A stretch of 64,000 nucleotides of DNA from Chiloscyllium plagiosum (taxonomy: Eukaryota): the NCBI RefSeq assembly GCF_004010195.1, contig NC_057723.1, positions 15,894,355-15,958,354 of the forward strand. The letters are read 5' to 3'. The position numbers and the translations under genes were made by a program. Each line of letters begins with the position of its first letter. Position 1 is the first letter of the stretch. Shown piece after piece: positions 13,495 through 26,864 of the stretch. The notes under the pieces were generated by a model. That model saw only the letters and a list, made by a program, of their open reading frames with translations, did no database searches and was not told the origin of the DNA.

Positions 13495-14415
13495 AGGATT
13501 GCAGGATGACAAGGATTGGATTCTGAATATTAAAGATGGATTTGACATTCAAGAAGAATGGGAAGCTAAGTAAAGGTGGAGGGGTAGCATTTCTAATCAA
13601 AGATGGCATGAGTGCAGTCATTAGAAATTACCTTGATTCAGGAAATCAGATTATAGAATGGCTGGAGATGAGAAATATTACATATGTAAGACGTTAGGTT
13701 TGTCCAATCTATACATAAACTGGAATCACCCATGATTACATTCGTACCCTTACAGCACACATCTATGATTTCTTGTGTTTTTCTTCTCGCCTTTGGTGTT
13801 TCTTATGAATGTTCCACATCATGATTTTCTGAGGCAATGTCCATGTTCACTATTGCATCGCTCCATCCCTTTACTAACATTGATATTCCACCTCCTTTCC
13901 CTTTTTGTCTATCCTTCCTAAACAGAGAATATCCTAAGATATTCAGTTCCCATCCTTGGCTATCCTGCATCAGGTCTCTGTAATTGCAATCAGATTAACC
14001 CTTTATATTTAGTTACTCTGCTAATTCATCTGTTTTGTGGCTATAGTAATGCTTGTCTATGGCCTTTAACATTGAATCCCCACCATTATAGCCCTATCAT
14101 TCTTCTTTCTGTCCTCTTGTTTATCAAAGCCATGGATTTGGCTTTTGCCATTAACCCACAAGAAGTATCCCCCAGCCAACTCTCCAAATGCCATATCTGT
14201 TGGAGAGACAGATGACCTCAAGAGTCTCCTGTATTATTTGCTGTCTTTGACTTTGCCTGCCGGCTACTCATCCCTTCGATGTCTGTTCTACCTTTACCTG
14301 CGGTATGACCACCTCACTGAATGGGCTGTCTTCGACAATCTCGGCATCGCTGATATGCCACTGTGAGTCCAACTGCTGCTCCAATTCTAATCCATGGTTA
14401 GTTAACAGCGAAGAG
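13495..14415. mobile_element. Decayed CR1 endonuclease-region fragments in both orientations
   Basis: aaaggtggaggggtagca (KGGGVA) on + at ~13572-13590 and the equivalent tccacctcctttccc on - at ~13887-13901. Confidence 0.5.
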
Positions 14416-14417
14416 AC

Positions 14418-14598
14418 ATTAAGGACTGCAGATGCTGGAAGTCAGAGTCAATAGATGTGAAGCTGGAAGAGCACAATAGGTCAGAGAGCATCCAAGGAGC
14501 AGGAAAGCCAATGTTTCGGGCTGAAACCTGACGAAGAGTTTTGGACCGAAAAGTTGATTTTCCTGCTCGTCGGATGCTCTCTGACCTGATCTATTGTC
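14418..14598. mobile_element. Inverted (head-to-head) PLE pLTR pair
   Basis: Arms aggtcagagagcatcc..gagcaggaaa / tttcctgctc..ggatgctctctgacct; degenerate HHR ctgacgaagag..ccgaaaagtt begins at the inversion point ~14528. Confidence 0.8.
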
Positions 14599-16181
14599 AT
14601 TAGCTAATGGCTGCAGTTGGACACAATTCCTGCACATTTGGTTAATGACTTCCCAAAGAACATAGTTGGAGCATTTTATAGGTGTGAACTCTGCTGCCAT
14701 GACTTCTCTTTAGATTACAATTATTAGTTACTCCCTTTAAAGATTACAAATTATTCTCGGTATCATATTTCACTCCAAAATTTCCAACAAAGTCCTTGTC
14801 CTATATCTTTGGAGATCTTAATTTAAGTCTTCACTTGACTTCCTTATTGTTATTAACATTTGCTTTTGCTCCAAATTTCTCAGTCAAATCGAAATTCAGC
14901 TATTTGTTTAAAAAATATGCTGTTCTAATTTACAGTAATTTGTAGACAATCACTAACAGTTTCTTACCAGCCAATGAACTTCCAACGTCCCCATAATATC
15001 ACTCTTTATTTCCCACTTTGTTTCAAAATCAGCACCTTCAGCTCCCTCTCAGGTCCCACTCCTTTTTCTAATGTCCTCATTAAGGGGTGTAAAGCCTTTT
15101 CTGTGATTTATATGCTCCCACTCCACACTGCTCCCTTGCTGATGCAATTAGCCTCTCTGACACCGCAGGTAACTTTCCAGAAAAATCAATACTTCAACCA
15201 ATGGATATATAGATTTTCTACAATTCCACTTTTATTTGCTCAACAAGCACAGACTGCAGGACAATCTGCCATTACAGATTCACAGTGATGCAGACCATGG
15301 GACACTCTTTCCAGAGTGCTTCACTGTGATGTTAACTGTGGGATATGTATCTGTGACTGTTTGTCCACAATGCTAACTGTGGGGTTCCATTCCCAGACTA
15401 CCTCACTGCAATCACAACTAGCAAGTCAACATTTTGCGATCTGTTTTCTTTTTATTGCAAAAGTGTACTTCACTTATAACATTAAAGATAAGTACATACA
15501 AAAGGTCCAAAAAAAAATTCTGTACAGAGTTTGCAGAAAAGGTTCATTAGAGTGTGGCGTTTCTCATCCCATTGCAATAAAAGGTATTTTCTAATTATAC
15601 GAGGAAGCTTTATATTCCTGTTAAGGCAGCGAGGGAATTTCCGATCTTAACATACCCTCATTAAACTTCAGCAGAAAGACCTTAGATGGCAGCCTTTCCA
15701 CACTGTGCCTTGGTGGTAGCTGCTCCAAACATTAGTACGTTCCTCAGAACGTAGTCCTGGACTTTGGAATGCGACAGTTTGCAACACTCAGTTGAGGTCA
15801 ACTCTTTACGCCAGAAGATCAACAAGTTTTGGTCAGACCAAAGAGCATCCCTCACTGAGGATGCAGTCAAAGTTTAGTTCAATGTGTGTCCCCAGGAACA
15901 GACCATAGAGCACAGAGCCCTGTGTCACAGAACTGCTCGGGATGAACCTCGGCAAAAACCACTGCATCTCCCTCCAGACTTCCTTTGCAAAGGCATATTC
16001 CAGCAGGAGATGTGTGAAAATCTCTATCTGGTCACAGCTACTTTAAGGGAAGTGTGCAGTGGCAGAGAGAGTCCAGGTATACATGAAGGATCTGATGGGC
16101 AGTGCCACCAGGTCAAGCTATGTCTTGGTGCTTGTTGGCAAGTTCTGACAATGAAACATTCTGCCAAATTACTTTGACTGT

Positions 16182-16931
16182 TGCTGTGGTTCCATGTCTA
16201 GGAATGCCAACTCCCATTCCTAGACGTGAGGGTACAGAGAACACCAAACGGAGAATTCACCACTAAGGTACACAGGAAAGCCACATACACAGACCAAGTC
16301 CTGAACTATGAAAGCAACCACCCCAATACACACAAACGAAGTTGCATCAAGACACTGTTTAAAAGGGCCACAACACACTGCAGCACACCAAACTGCAAAA
16401 AGAGGAAGAGGAACACCTATACAAGGTATTCGCCAAAAACGGATATCCTCGCAATTTCATCAACAGATGCCTAAGGGAAAGACAATGGAACGAGGACATG
16501 CCGCAACCCAAAGGACCAGGCACACTACCATACATCAAGAACATCTCTGAAATGACAGCCAGACTACTGCGACCACTAGGACTTATAACAGCACACAAAC
16601 CAACAGCCACACTCCGACAACTCATCAGAACAAAGGACCCGATACCCAGCATGAGCAAAACTAATGTAGTGTACAAAATCCCATGCAAGGACTGCACAAA
16701 GCACTATATAGGAAAAACAGGAAGACAGCTAACGATCCGCATCTACGAACATCAACTAGCCACGAAACGACATGACCAGCTATCCCTAGTAGCCACACAA
16801 GCAGGAGGCTCCCAAGCACTGAGGATGTCACCTAGACAGGGGACGAAACGTTTGCAACAAAAACTTACAACTCGGCAAACAGAACCACAGCAACGAGCAC
16901 CCGAGCTACAAATCTTCTCACAAACTTTGAA
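16182..16931 (+). mobile_element. Penelope/Poseidon-type PLE fragment (RT thumb, GIY-YIG start, internal deletion, pLTR with HHR)
   Basis: QLPFLDV, TKVHRKATYTDQVLNYESNHP, LPYIKNISE, NVVYKIPCKDCTKHYIGKTGRQL; 12-bp TSD tactttgactgt 16170-16181 / 16932-16943. Confidence 0.92.
16816..16855 (+). ncRNA. Minimal type I hammerhead ribozyme motif
   Basis: gca-CTGAGGA-t-gtcacct-agac-aggggac-GAAACGTT-tgc: stem I gca/tgc, stem II with one mismatch, palindromic ACGT in place of stem III. Confidence 0.75.
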
Positions 16932-18094
16932 TACTTTGACTGTGTGTACAGGGAGGGACCCAACAAGATCAACCTTCTCCTTTATCTGCGGAGTCTCGAG
17001 GACGATAAGTGCTGACCACTTCCTGGTGGACAAAGTTGTGTTCCATTGCAATTGCAATTTTCTCCATGAGGGATAGGTGATACAGAACTGTCTAACTATT
17101 TGTAATGCTCCACGATAATGAGATTAGATCCAACTTCGTAACACCAGGGACAGGTAGAACCTCAGTATGTAGGGACACTTGGTTTGCATTTTGAGGGTCT
17201 GCACACAGCTTGATGTAACTGCACACAAATATGACCATCAGGATGAGGGAGCATTAGGTACATTCTTTCCTCCCTTATACAGAGTTTTGTACGTGGTGAA
17301 GTTAAAGAATACTTGGGTGACTGCAGTGACACAGGATCAGGGAATAGGCCAGCCCTGTGCCTCATACACCAATACTAACAGTACCTCTCTCCTAATGATT
17401 ACTGCTCCCAGAAGCCCAGTTTCTGCCTCACCTTAGAGATATGTTCTTCGTAAGTTTTAGCACATTCACCAGCCCCTCCAAGCTATATTCCCAGCAATTT
17501 GAGATTATCTGCCCTGACAGTGAAAGAACTAAAGGGTCAGTTGGCCCAGTTCCCAAAGAACATGGTGTTGCTGTGGCCTTAATTTACCTTGGCTACCAAG
17601 GCCTGTCTCAGATGCTCATGAGTCTGTGCACCGACAGCGGATCTGAGCAGAAAAAGAAGATGTCATCCATGTGCAGGGACACTTTGACCTATAGGCGTCT
17701 GCTGCCTGGAATAGACACTTTCTCAGGCTCGCAACCTTCCTGATGGGTTTGGCAAAAGATTTGTGACGACATACAAATGAGGTAGCAGAGAGGGGACAGT
17801 CCTGCCTGACTCTGGATCTGATTGGAAAGCTTTCTGATTCCACCCATTGATTGAGAGTGCACTAACAATGTTTATATGGAATAGTCAGATCCAATTATAG
17901 ATTCCCTCTCCAAAGCCCATTTTGGAGAGCATGTCCCACACATCCTATCAAAGACTTCCTCCTTTACAGAGAATTTTTATTTATACATATGTGTGTGTGT
18001 GTTGGAGGACTTTGATTCTGTACAGTCTTCACATATGGACAGCGAACAAACCCAAGGCATTTTTTTCTGAAACAAGACTGTGTTTACATACATT

Positions 18095-18800
18095 TGAGAC
18101 ATAGGGAGGGTCTGATCACTGAACGAGCTCCATTTTTCTTTGGCAGAAAGACCTTAGATGGTGGCCTTTCCCCACTGAGCCTTGGTGGCAGCTGCTCAAT
18201 CTTTAGCGCAATCCTCAGTACATAGTCTTGGACTTTGGAATGTGTCAGTCTACAAAACAAAGTCAAGGTCAACTTCTTGCTCCGAAAGACCAACAAGTTT
18301 CGGGCAGATCAAAGAGGGTCTTTCATGGAGTTGATGGTCCTCCAGGCACAGTCAATGTGTGTTTTGACATTCATCCCAGGGAACTACCTGTGGAGCACAG
18401 AGTCCTGTATCACCGAATTGTACAGGATAAATCTCGACAAAAACCACTGCATCTCTCTCCAGACTTACTTTGCCATGGCATGTTCCAGTTAAGTGTGATA
18501 GTCTCTACCCACCCAAGGCTGCTTCCAGGTGGTGATGCAGAGAGTCCGGACATACATGAAGGATCTCACAGGTAGTGCCCTTATCACCACCATTCGGGCA
18601 ATGTCTTGTTGCTTGTTGGAAAGTTCTGGTGATGAGGCATTGACAGTCTGCTCAAGGAACAACCCAACAGGATCCACCCTCTCCCTTTCCTGCAGGGTCT
18701 CAAGGACGCTACGTACTGACCATTACCTGATGGACTTGCAGTCAAAGGAGTTCTTCTTTGCAAACTTTGTTCACAAAGGACAGGTGATACAGGACACTCC
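18095..18800 (-). mobile_element. Second L1/Tx1-type ORF2 C-terminal remnant
   Basis: HSKVQDYVLRIALK and RALPVRSFMYVR..C; paralogous to 15670-16170. Confidence 0.7.
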
Positions 18801-18851
18801 AACTATTTGGAGTGCTGTGCAGCAACAAAGTCAGACCCATCCTTCACAATA

Positions 18852-19130
18852 CTGGGGACAGCACCCAGGTTTGATTCCAGCCTCGGGCGACTGTGTGGAG
18901 TTTGCACATTTTTCCCGTGTCTGCATTGGGTTTCCTCCAGGTGCTCTGGTTTCCTCCCACGGTCTAAAGATGTGCAGGTCAATTGGCCATTTTAAATTGC
19001 CCATAGTGTCAGGTGCATTAGTCAGAGGGAAATGGGTCTGGGTGGGTTATTCTTCAAAGGGTCAGTGTAGACTTGTTGGGCCAAAGGGCCTGTTTCCACA
19101 CTGTAGGAGAATCTAATCAAATCTAATCAA
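18852..19130 (+). mobile_element. HE1-like elasmobranch tRNA-derived SINE (5' truncated)
   Basis: B-box ggtttgattcc, body tgtgtggagtttgcac..ctctggtttcctcccac, tail cctgtttccacactgtagg(aatct)n. Confidence 0.8.
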
Positions 19131-19945
19131 CAAGTGTCTACACACAGATGGGTGCGACCACATGCAAAAGTGGCTATTAGGATGAGGGCAGCATTGCGTA
19201 CATTCTGCAGGCACTCTTAATTGACTGCTTGATCACAATGCTAACTGCAGCACTGTCTTCCCAACATGCTTCACTGCTATACTGACTGTAGTACAGTCTT
19301 CCCAGATGGCCTCACACAATACAACTGTGGGACATTCTTCCCAGATTATGTCATTGCGATGTTCCCATCAAATAACATAGGCTGGATTATTTGGAATATT
19401 TATGTATCAGGTGTACAAGTTAGAATGAAATCATTGTTACTTTCAGAGTTTGGATGACAGATCATTTCCCCCTTGTGTTTGAAGTTGTTTAATTATATTT
19501 AATTTTAGATGTTCTATTCTATGATGGTTAAATGTAGCCTTCAAGTTGGTGAAGTACCATGATGATTTAAAATACAACGTTGGCTACATTTATTAAAGGC
19601 AATTTCGTTTCAAGACACTCAATGTATAAATTCCCTGGAAATGAATTAATCCTGAATGTTCAAAATTCTATCATGTTGCTTTGTGTTTGTATGATAAATG
19701 AACAGCAATTAAACAACAGACCAGTACTTTAATAGACCATCCTTTGAGTTAATGGGGGCAGAATTCTGGAAATAGTATAGTAGGATCCTACGACTCAGGA
19801 TCTTCCATGTCTGATGGGCTCAAAAAAAAGCAGCCTTTTGAGTTAATTCCTAAAATATAAGGCAGAGTTGAAGAAAATATTTGCATTAATATATTTCTTT
19901 TTATGATCACAAAGCATCCTGAATTGCATCATAGCCAAATATGGC

Positions 19946-20180
19946 TGCAGTGATTGTTGTGTGATCAGCCAGGTGGCTCTCATAGAGTATGAGTTCCCTG
20001 TTTGGGACTGTTAATCTGGTCCAATCAGGGAGCCCTGGCTGACAGATATAAACAGGAGCATCAGAGGTTCTGTTCATTGACAGCTGGCTCTGAAGGAGTT
20101 GGATCAGTGTCAAGGACTCTCCATGTGAAAATAATGGGTGACTTTAGTGATGAAATATTAGTCTCTGTGAAGAAATTTCA
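19946..20180 (+). mobile_element. Short solo LTR (Gypsy-type)
   Basis: TG...CA termini, imperfect 5-bp TSD atggc/agggc, ccaat and tataaa boxes; 3' half resembles the LTR piece upstream of gag at ~53300-53390. Confidence 0.65.
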
Positions 20181-20374
20181 AGGGCCTCTGTTGTAATGTT
20201 GTTTTGTAAAATATTTTCTTGCGATGTGTTCTTTGCTGGCTAGATCAGATTTTATTGCCCATTCCTGTTTGAGAGAGTGGTGGTAAGCTACCATTTTGGA
20301 TTTCTGCAGTCCATGTTGATGTGATTTTGCCTTTTGCAGGGGGTTTTACCTCATGTGCCAATGTTTATGTTATT

Positions 20375-20910
20375 TACAGTACATTGTTGAGGCCACTGTT
20401 AGAATACTGCATACAGTTCGGGTCACCCTCCTATAGGATGGATATTGTTAAACTTGAGAGGGTGCAGAAAAAATTGACAAGGATGTTGACAGGACTGAAG
20501 GGTTTGAGCCACAGGGATATTCTGAATAGGCTGGCACTTTTATCCCCTGGAGCATTGGAGACTGAGGTGTGACCTTACGGAGGTTTATAAAATCCTGAGG
20601 AGCATGGATACAGTGAATAGCCAAGGGTTTTTCTTTTGTGGGGTGGGGGAATTCAAAGCTAGAGGACATGGGTTTAAAATGAGAGGGGAAAAACTTAAAA
20701 CGGACCTGAAATGTAACCTTTTTACATCGAGGGTGGTGCGTGTCTGGAACGAGCTGACAGAGGAAGCTGTGGAGGTGAGAAAGGCATCTGGATAGATACA
20801 TGAACAGGAAAGGTTTAGAGGGATATGCGCCAAATGCTGGCAAATGGGACCAAGTCAGATTGGGATGTCTGAGGGGTCTGTTTACATGCTGTACAACTCT
20901 ATGACTCTAT
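20375..20910 (+). mobile_element. CR1 LINE 3' end
   Basis: LLRPLLEYC..LERVQKK..; LFTSRVVRVWNEL; tail ctctatgactctat. Confidence 0.9.
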
Positions 20911-21399
20911 ATGTGAATATCATGGTACCGAGGAATTGAACAGTTATTTACTGGAACTGACTTTTATATTCAAATATCACATTCAAAGATACTGTAGTTT
21001 ATGTGCTAACATTATGTTATTAGGTTACAAAAGGATATCACATTTTCAATAGTGTGTCAGTTAAGATGAGCGTGTGATCTTTACCCCCTACAATCACATG
21101 AGACGATGTTGTGATAATGCTCCACACATATCTCTAAAAAAAGCCAAGACCATACTGACTGTGAGACATATGTGAGGTTTATACATTCACAATGCTATTT
21201 GGAGGGTTTTCCAGGATTTGACCTAGTGACAGTAAAGGAACTTGGATATAGCTCCAACTCAGATTGGTGCGTGACTTGCAAGAGAATTTGTAGTGGATGG
21301 TGTTTCCATGCATCTACTGCTCTTCTCCTTCAAAGTGGTCATTCTTGAGGGTTCTGTAAGTGTTGAAGTAAACATGGCAGCCAAGTTGCACATATTACC

Positions 21400-21700
21400 A
21401 CCCCATAAACAGCAACATGAAAAGGATTAGATCATTCAGCTTTAGTGATATCGTTTAAAGGATCAAAATTTACCATTACAGAATGCAACTTCAAAATAGT
21501 TTGAAGGGATTTTTTTTCATTTACCTGAGAAGTCGGAAAGGGATGTGGTTGACCCTTTTATTCAAATGTGTTCACCTCCAACAATGCAGCACTCCCTCCA
21601 TATTTCAATGAAACATCAACTTAGGTTATTTGCACTTTTCAGTTGAGTGACTCTGAAATCCACAATCTTCTCTCTGTGATAAGATCATTACCTATTGGCC
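21400..21700 (-). mobile_element. Deu-domain SINE (SacSINE1/AmnSINE1-like), old
   Basis: Reverse complement contains gagggagtgctgcattgttggaggtg..ctcaggtaaatg..aaatcccttcaaactattttgaag, resembling the Deu core. Confidence 0.55.
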
Positions 21701-22504
21701 CATGATGACCCATACCTCTTTCAGATTGCTGCAGAAACCATTAGTTTCTCAAAGGTACAAAAATGATCATATATATTATATAAGGAAATAAAACAGCAAT
21801 GCCACAGCAGAAAAGATCGAAGTGCAAGACCAATAAAATTGAGTTGCTGAATGTCAAATGGCAGATTAAAAGAAGTGTGTATGAATCACAAGGCAGAACT
21901 GAGAAAATGATTATCTGGTAAATTTATAGCCACATTGACATACTTTACCTTATAAGAAACATTTCCATCCATGTTAAGTGTTTCTATATCAAATTAAGTG
22001 TAGACATCATTTATAAATACATTTTAGGGATACAAATCATTAAAATCTTTAAGGTTTCAATACAAAGCTAGCATTTAAAAAATGCAGAATGTAAAGCAAA
22101 CAGAAGAAACTAAATCCAAAGGTACACAAAACTTTCTCAAACTAAAATTCAGAAGTCCAGTGGACAGATGCATATTAATTCTCATTGAATGAAAAGGCTA
22201 CCACAAATATTCAGCACCAGCAGTAAAAACAACAGCTCAACATGTAACTAAAGTGTTACCATGTTTGTATTTTCTCACAAAAAACTGAACATCGAGGACT
22301 ATATGTGATGAAGGAAATTTTCATTTTACTCATATGCCTTATTAAAGGTTTATCTACGTTACATGAGTAGCTGCACTGCAAAGTACTTCGAACATCCTGA
22401 TTTAATTTTGAAAGGTGTGATACGAGTGTGGATCCTACCTTTTATTTCCCATTATCTAATTTCATTTAATTTGGTTCTTTCTACCTTTACCCTCCTTTCT
22501 GATT

Positions 22505-23250
22505 AATTCATGGGATGTAGGCATCATTAGCTGGGACAATATGTTTTTCCCGTCCCTAGATGCCCTTACAAAAGTGGTAGTGAGCTACCTTCTTGAACAA
22601 CTGCCGTCCATTTCATGTGGGTTGCCATGCAATTCTGTTAGGGTGAAATTTCCAAGGGTTTTGATCCAGCAACACTGACGGATAGGCAAAATATTTCCAA
22701 ATCAGATGGTGAGCGGCTTGGAGGGGAATTTGCAGGGGTGGCTTTCTCATATACCTGCAGTCCTTGCCCTTCTATATGGCAGAGGTCATGGATTTGGAAG
22801 GTGCTGCATGAGGATCTTTGGTGAATTTCTGCAGTACATCTTGTAGATGGTGCACATTGCTGCTACTGAGTGTTTGGTGGTGACAGGATTAAATATTTAG
22901 AGATGTGGTGTTAATTAAGCAGGCTGCTTTGTCCTGGAAGGTGTCAATATTGTTGCAGTTTCACTCATTCAGGCATGTGAGGAGCTTTCCCTCACATATT
23001 TAGCATGTGCATTTTAGCTGGTGGAAAGGCTTTGGGAAGTCAAGAAGGTTGTTACTTACTGCAGGATTCCTAACCTCTGACAAGCTATTGTAACCACTGT
23101 ATTAATGTGGCTAGTCCAGTTCAAGTTCTTCTCAATGTTGACACTGGGGCATTTAGAGATGGTAACGCCACTGAAAGTAAAGGGGTGATGATTATATTCT
23201 CTCTTGTTGTATATGGTGATTGCCTGGTACTCATGTGGCGTGGATGTTAC
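22505..23250 (-). mobile_element. Old LINE (CR1/L2 group) 3' portion; continues at ~23761-23860 after a CR1 insertion
   Basis: KNLNWTSHINTVVTIACQRLGIL on -; same tail as 1-110. Confidence 0.7.
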
Positions 23251-23760
23251 TACAAGGTTCACTCGGATGATCCCCAGTATGGAGGATGTATCTTATAAGC
23301 AAATGTTAAACAGGTTGGGACTCTACTCACTGGAGTTTCAAAGAATAGTGTGTGATCTCAATGAACATATAGGATTCTTAAAGGCTTGACTTGGTCAATG
23401 CTGAGGGATTTGATTCCCCTCATAAGACACTGTGGATTGGAGGCCATAGTCTCAGAATAAAAACGCTTTGATGGAAATAATGTACATTGCATCAAATTTA
23501 ACTAGTGGTAAGGAGGAATTTCTTCTTTCAGAGGGTTGAGAGTCTCTGGATCTCTTTGCCACAGGTAGCAATGGGGATAGAGTCCTTGTGTATATTTAAG
23601 GCTGAGATAGATTCTTGATCAGTAGGGGCACCAAGAGTTATGGGGAATGGGAAGGAAAGTAGATGTGACAAATATTGGATCAGCCATGATCCTATTGAAT
23701 GGTAGACCAGGCTTGAGGGGCCAAATGACATACTCGTGTACCTATTTCTTATGGTTTTAT
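23251..23760 (+). mobile_element. Decayed CR1 3' end
   Basis: RFTRMIPSM..LNRLGLYSLEF; CR1 3' UTR gatcagccatgatcctattgaatgg. Confidence 0.8.
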
Positions 23761-24974
23761 GCTGTCATTTGGATATGGACTGCTTCAATAATTGAGGGGT
23801 CACAATTGGAACTGATGATGGCGCAATCATCAATGGATTTCTCCACTTCTGACCTCTCGTGATTAGTGCTTATGCAAAACTATCAGGGTCATTCTTCCTT
23901 TCTAAGTATTGCTTTGATGGAAATAATGTAGATTGCATCAAAAGTCCATAGGGGTTTACACAACTTAACACTTGTACATTGCCAAGCAAAATGAAGGGGG
24001 TGGGGGGCATGTAATCTGAGTTCACCCTGGCATTATGCTGCTTTGTCACTGATCAGGAGACATTAATTCAAATTCCATCATGGCATTTGCAGAATTTAAC
24101 TTTATTTAACTAAGGTGAAGAACCTGCAACAGTGAAACTGTCAGATGGTTTCTAAAAATCTAGCTGATGTAGTAGTATCATACAGAGAAGGAAATCTGCC
24201 TTTTTTATTTAGTCAGGTAGAATAAGTGACTCCAGGTCCATAGCAATATGTTTTCTTAATTGCCATCTGAAGTAGTTTAGGAAGCCACACCATTGCATGA
24301 AACCATTTTGAGAATGGATGGACTGTCCATCATTGATCTAAGCAACAGATACAAATTTCCTCTTATTAATATTTGGCGATAGCATGGAACTGAGTATTGG
24401 AGAGAAAGGTCTACATCCCATAAAAGATTTTTTACAAAGTCTATCAATCCATTATGTAAGGCAAAGTAACACATAAACCATTGCTTTATTTTTGTGAGAC
24501 TCAAATAATACTTAAATTAAGCACTGACACCTATACTTATTACACTTTCAGTTTAATATCAAACAGATAATTGGATTGCACTTTCTCTGAGCAATTTTAA
24601 TTTTGTGTTGCAGAACTGGCAGCACCCACGTCTTGTGATCAAAAACAAACAAAATTAGAAATAACAAACAGATCAATGATCTATTTTACAAATTGCTGAT
24701 TTTCTATTTCCATTGATTTCGTTGGAAGTAAAAATAGGTGAAGATATAAAACAAGCTGTTAAATTGCTAAACTTTAATTATGCATTAATTGCACTATCAA
24801 TACAGGTTTCCTTCAGTTTTATTTATTTTCTTATTGAATAAGTGACTTATTAACATAAAGTGCATCACCACTATGAAGTCTCAGATAACTTCCATATTTC
24901 CCCAGTACATTTACTGTTTCAATAAATAGATACTGAGATTGTTACGTCAGAAAATAAGAGTGATCTTGACAAAC

Positions 24975-25410
24975 GTGGACAAAAGCAACAGGACCAAACC
25001 GTTCGGCTGTTCGAGCATGCTCCACATTCAATATGATTACAGCTGATAATCCAGCTCAGTATCCCATTGCCACTTCTCCTCCATGGTTGCTTTATCCCTA
25101 AGAACTACATTTAACTCTTTGAAAACATCCAGCGTTTTGTCCTTAACTGACAGGGAATTTCTCCACACTTAGTGAAGAAATTTTTCCTCATCTCAGTCTT
25201 AGAAAAGCCAAACCACATCCTTGAACTGTGAACCCTGGTCTGGATTCCTTGTTATCGGGAACATTCTGCCGGTATTTACATTGTGTAGTCCTGTTAGAAT
25301 TCTGTCAGCTTCTATGATTCCTCCCCATTCTTCTGAACTCCAGTGAGGACAGCTCTCATGGATTTGGACTCTCTTCATTTGTCAATCCTGCCATCTCAGG
25401 AATCAGCCTG
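24975..25410 (-). mobile_element. Decayed CR1 3' end
   Basis: gtgaagaaatttttcctcatctcagtc and ccccattcttctgaactccagtga, same family as 8692-9392. Confidence 0.65.
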
Positions 25411-26864
25411 CGTTACAGTGCAGCTGACCTGGTCAGTGATGCCCAGATCCCATGAACAAACAATTAAAGACAAGCTGAAATGTTTTTTGGACACTTTTAA
25501 GTGCTTTGAACACTCCTGAAGTAGAAGTGATGAAAAGGGAATTGTGATATTAAAATATGGCTAATTGACACTTTTCATGACAAATAATCACTGTTATTGT
25601 GATCAAAGTCTACTTCAAATTAAATGTTTTGATGTCAACCGATACTCTGACAATTTTGAGTGCAATTGAGCATAACATCAATGTCAAAATCTGCTGGTAG
25701 GAAATGGCTAGATAGACACAGGCCGACATCTTTTGCTTAAAAGAGTACTGCTACAACAATAAATCCAGAGGGAAGGGAGTCTGAAAGGGAGATGAAGTAA
25801 GGTATGGTAGAAGCTAGAACATGATATATATGAAAAAAAGGAAGAAAGAACTGCTAAGAAATACAGTCACAAGGAATGTAAAACAATATAATAAACAAGG
25901 GAAGGATTATTGAAGAAATGGATTGCATTAGAAATAATAGTTCATGTCAGATTGCAAGATTAATTGAATGCTAAGTCTCAAAACATATTCGTTTTTCTCA
26001 CTCACTACCATCTCCAAGAACTCTCCTCTTCACCTCACTGCCCCTCACCCCAGCAGCAGTTTCACTACAGACCTTTGCTGACTTTTAAATTAATAAAGCA
26101 GCAAATAGCTGCAGACTGCAACTTCCAAATCGTCAAAGTTATAGCATTATATTACAGCCAGTGAGGTGAATTTTAATCTGCACAGATTTAAATCTGAAGG
26201 ACATTTTCAAGCAAATAGTCACTGAACATTCAAAATGAAATCTCCAATCTTTCAAACTTACTTTGTATCAAGTTGTGCAAAGTTAAAGGTACTGTTCAAT
26301 GCCAAGCACATAGTATTCTTTCATTGTTGGCTACATTTGGGAATATAAACTTGCTGATTCTTATTATTTTTTTTGTTAGCAATTAAACTCCACTTCTGCC
26401 CGACTCAGATATTGCACAGCATCAGTTTCTAGTTTGCCAATGTTAACTTCTTTATTCACACAGTACACTCATGAAAGAGAATAATTCATCTGGTGCATTC
26501 TAATTCTTCTCTATGTTTACCAGGCAAGTGGCTTCAAGAGCAGCTGAGAAGCTAGAAATACCAGAGATTTAGTTGCTTCCTGAGTTCCCAGTGATTATTA
26601 CATTGTTCACACGGCACAAATCAGGAATGTGATGGAATATTCTCCGCTTGCATTCGTAGTTTCAGTGACAATAACACTCAAGATGCTCAGTATCAGCAAT
26701 CATTCTTAAACATCCATATTCCAATATGATGGCAGAGCTACAACAAAGTGCACCATACAAAAGCTTTCTTTGACCATAACCTTCCAATCCCACAGAGTCT
26801 ACCACTTAGGATGTCAAGGCCAACACATACATGGAACACCATTATCTGCAAGGTCCCCTTAGAC

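Larger units (their letters stand above)
15445..17940 (-). mobile_element. L1/Tx1-type LINE ORF2 remnant, interrupted by a PLE
   Basis: FPIRSRVRQDCPLS (RT motif), HMDD at ~17660, C-terminal HSKVQDYVLR..KAQCGKA. Confidence 0.75.

Noticed and set aside
18529-19116. 195-aa + strand ORF
   Set aside because: Antisense of a Tx1-type remnant running into a SINE; no protein features
19529-19592. 11-bp inverted repeat taaatgtagcc/ggctacattta
   Set aside because: Short, no TSD or extended stem; compatible with chance in 64 kb
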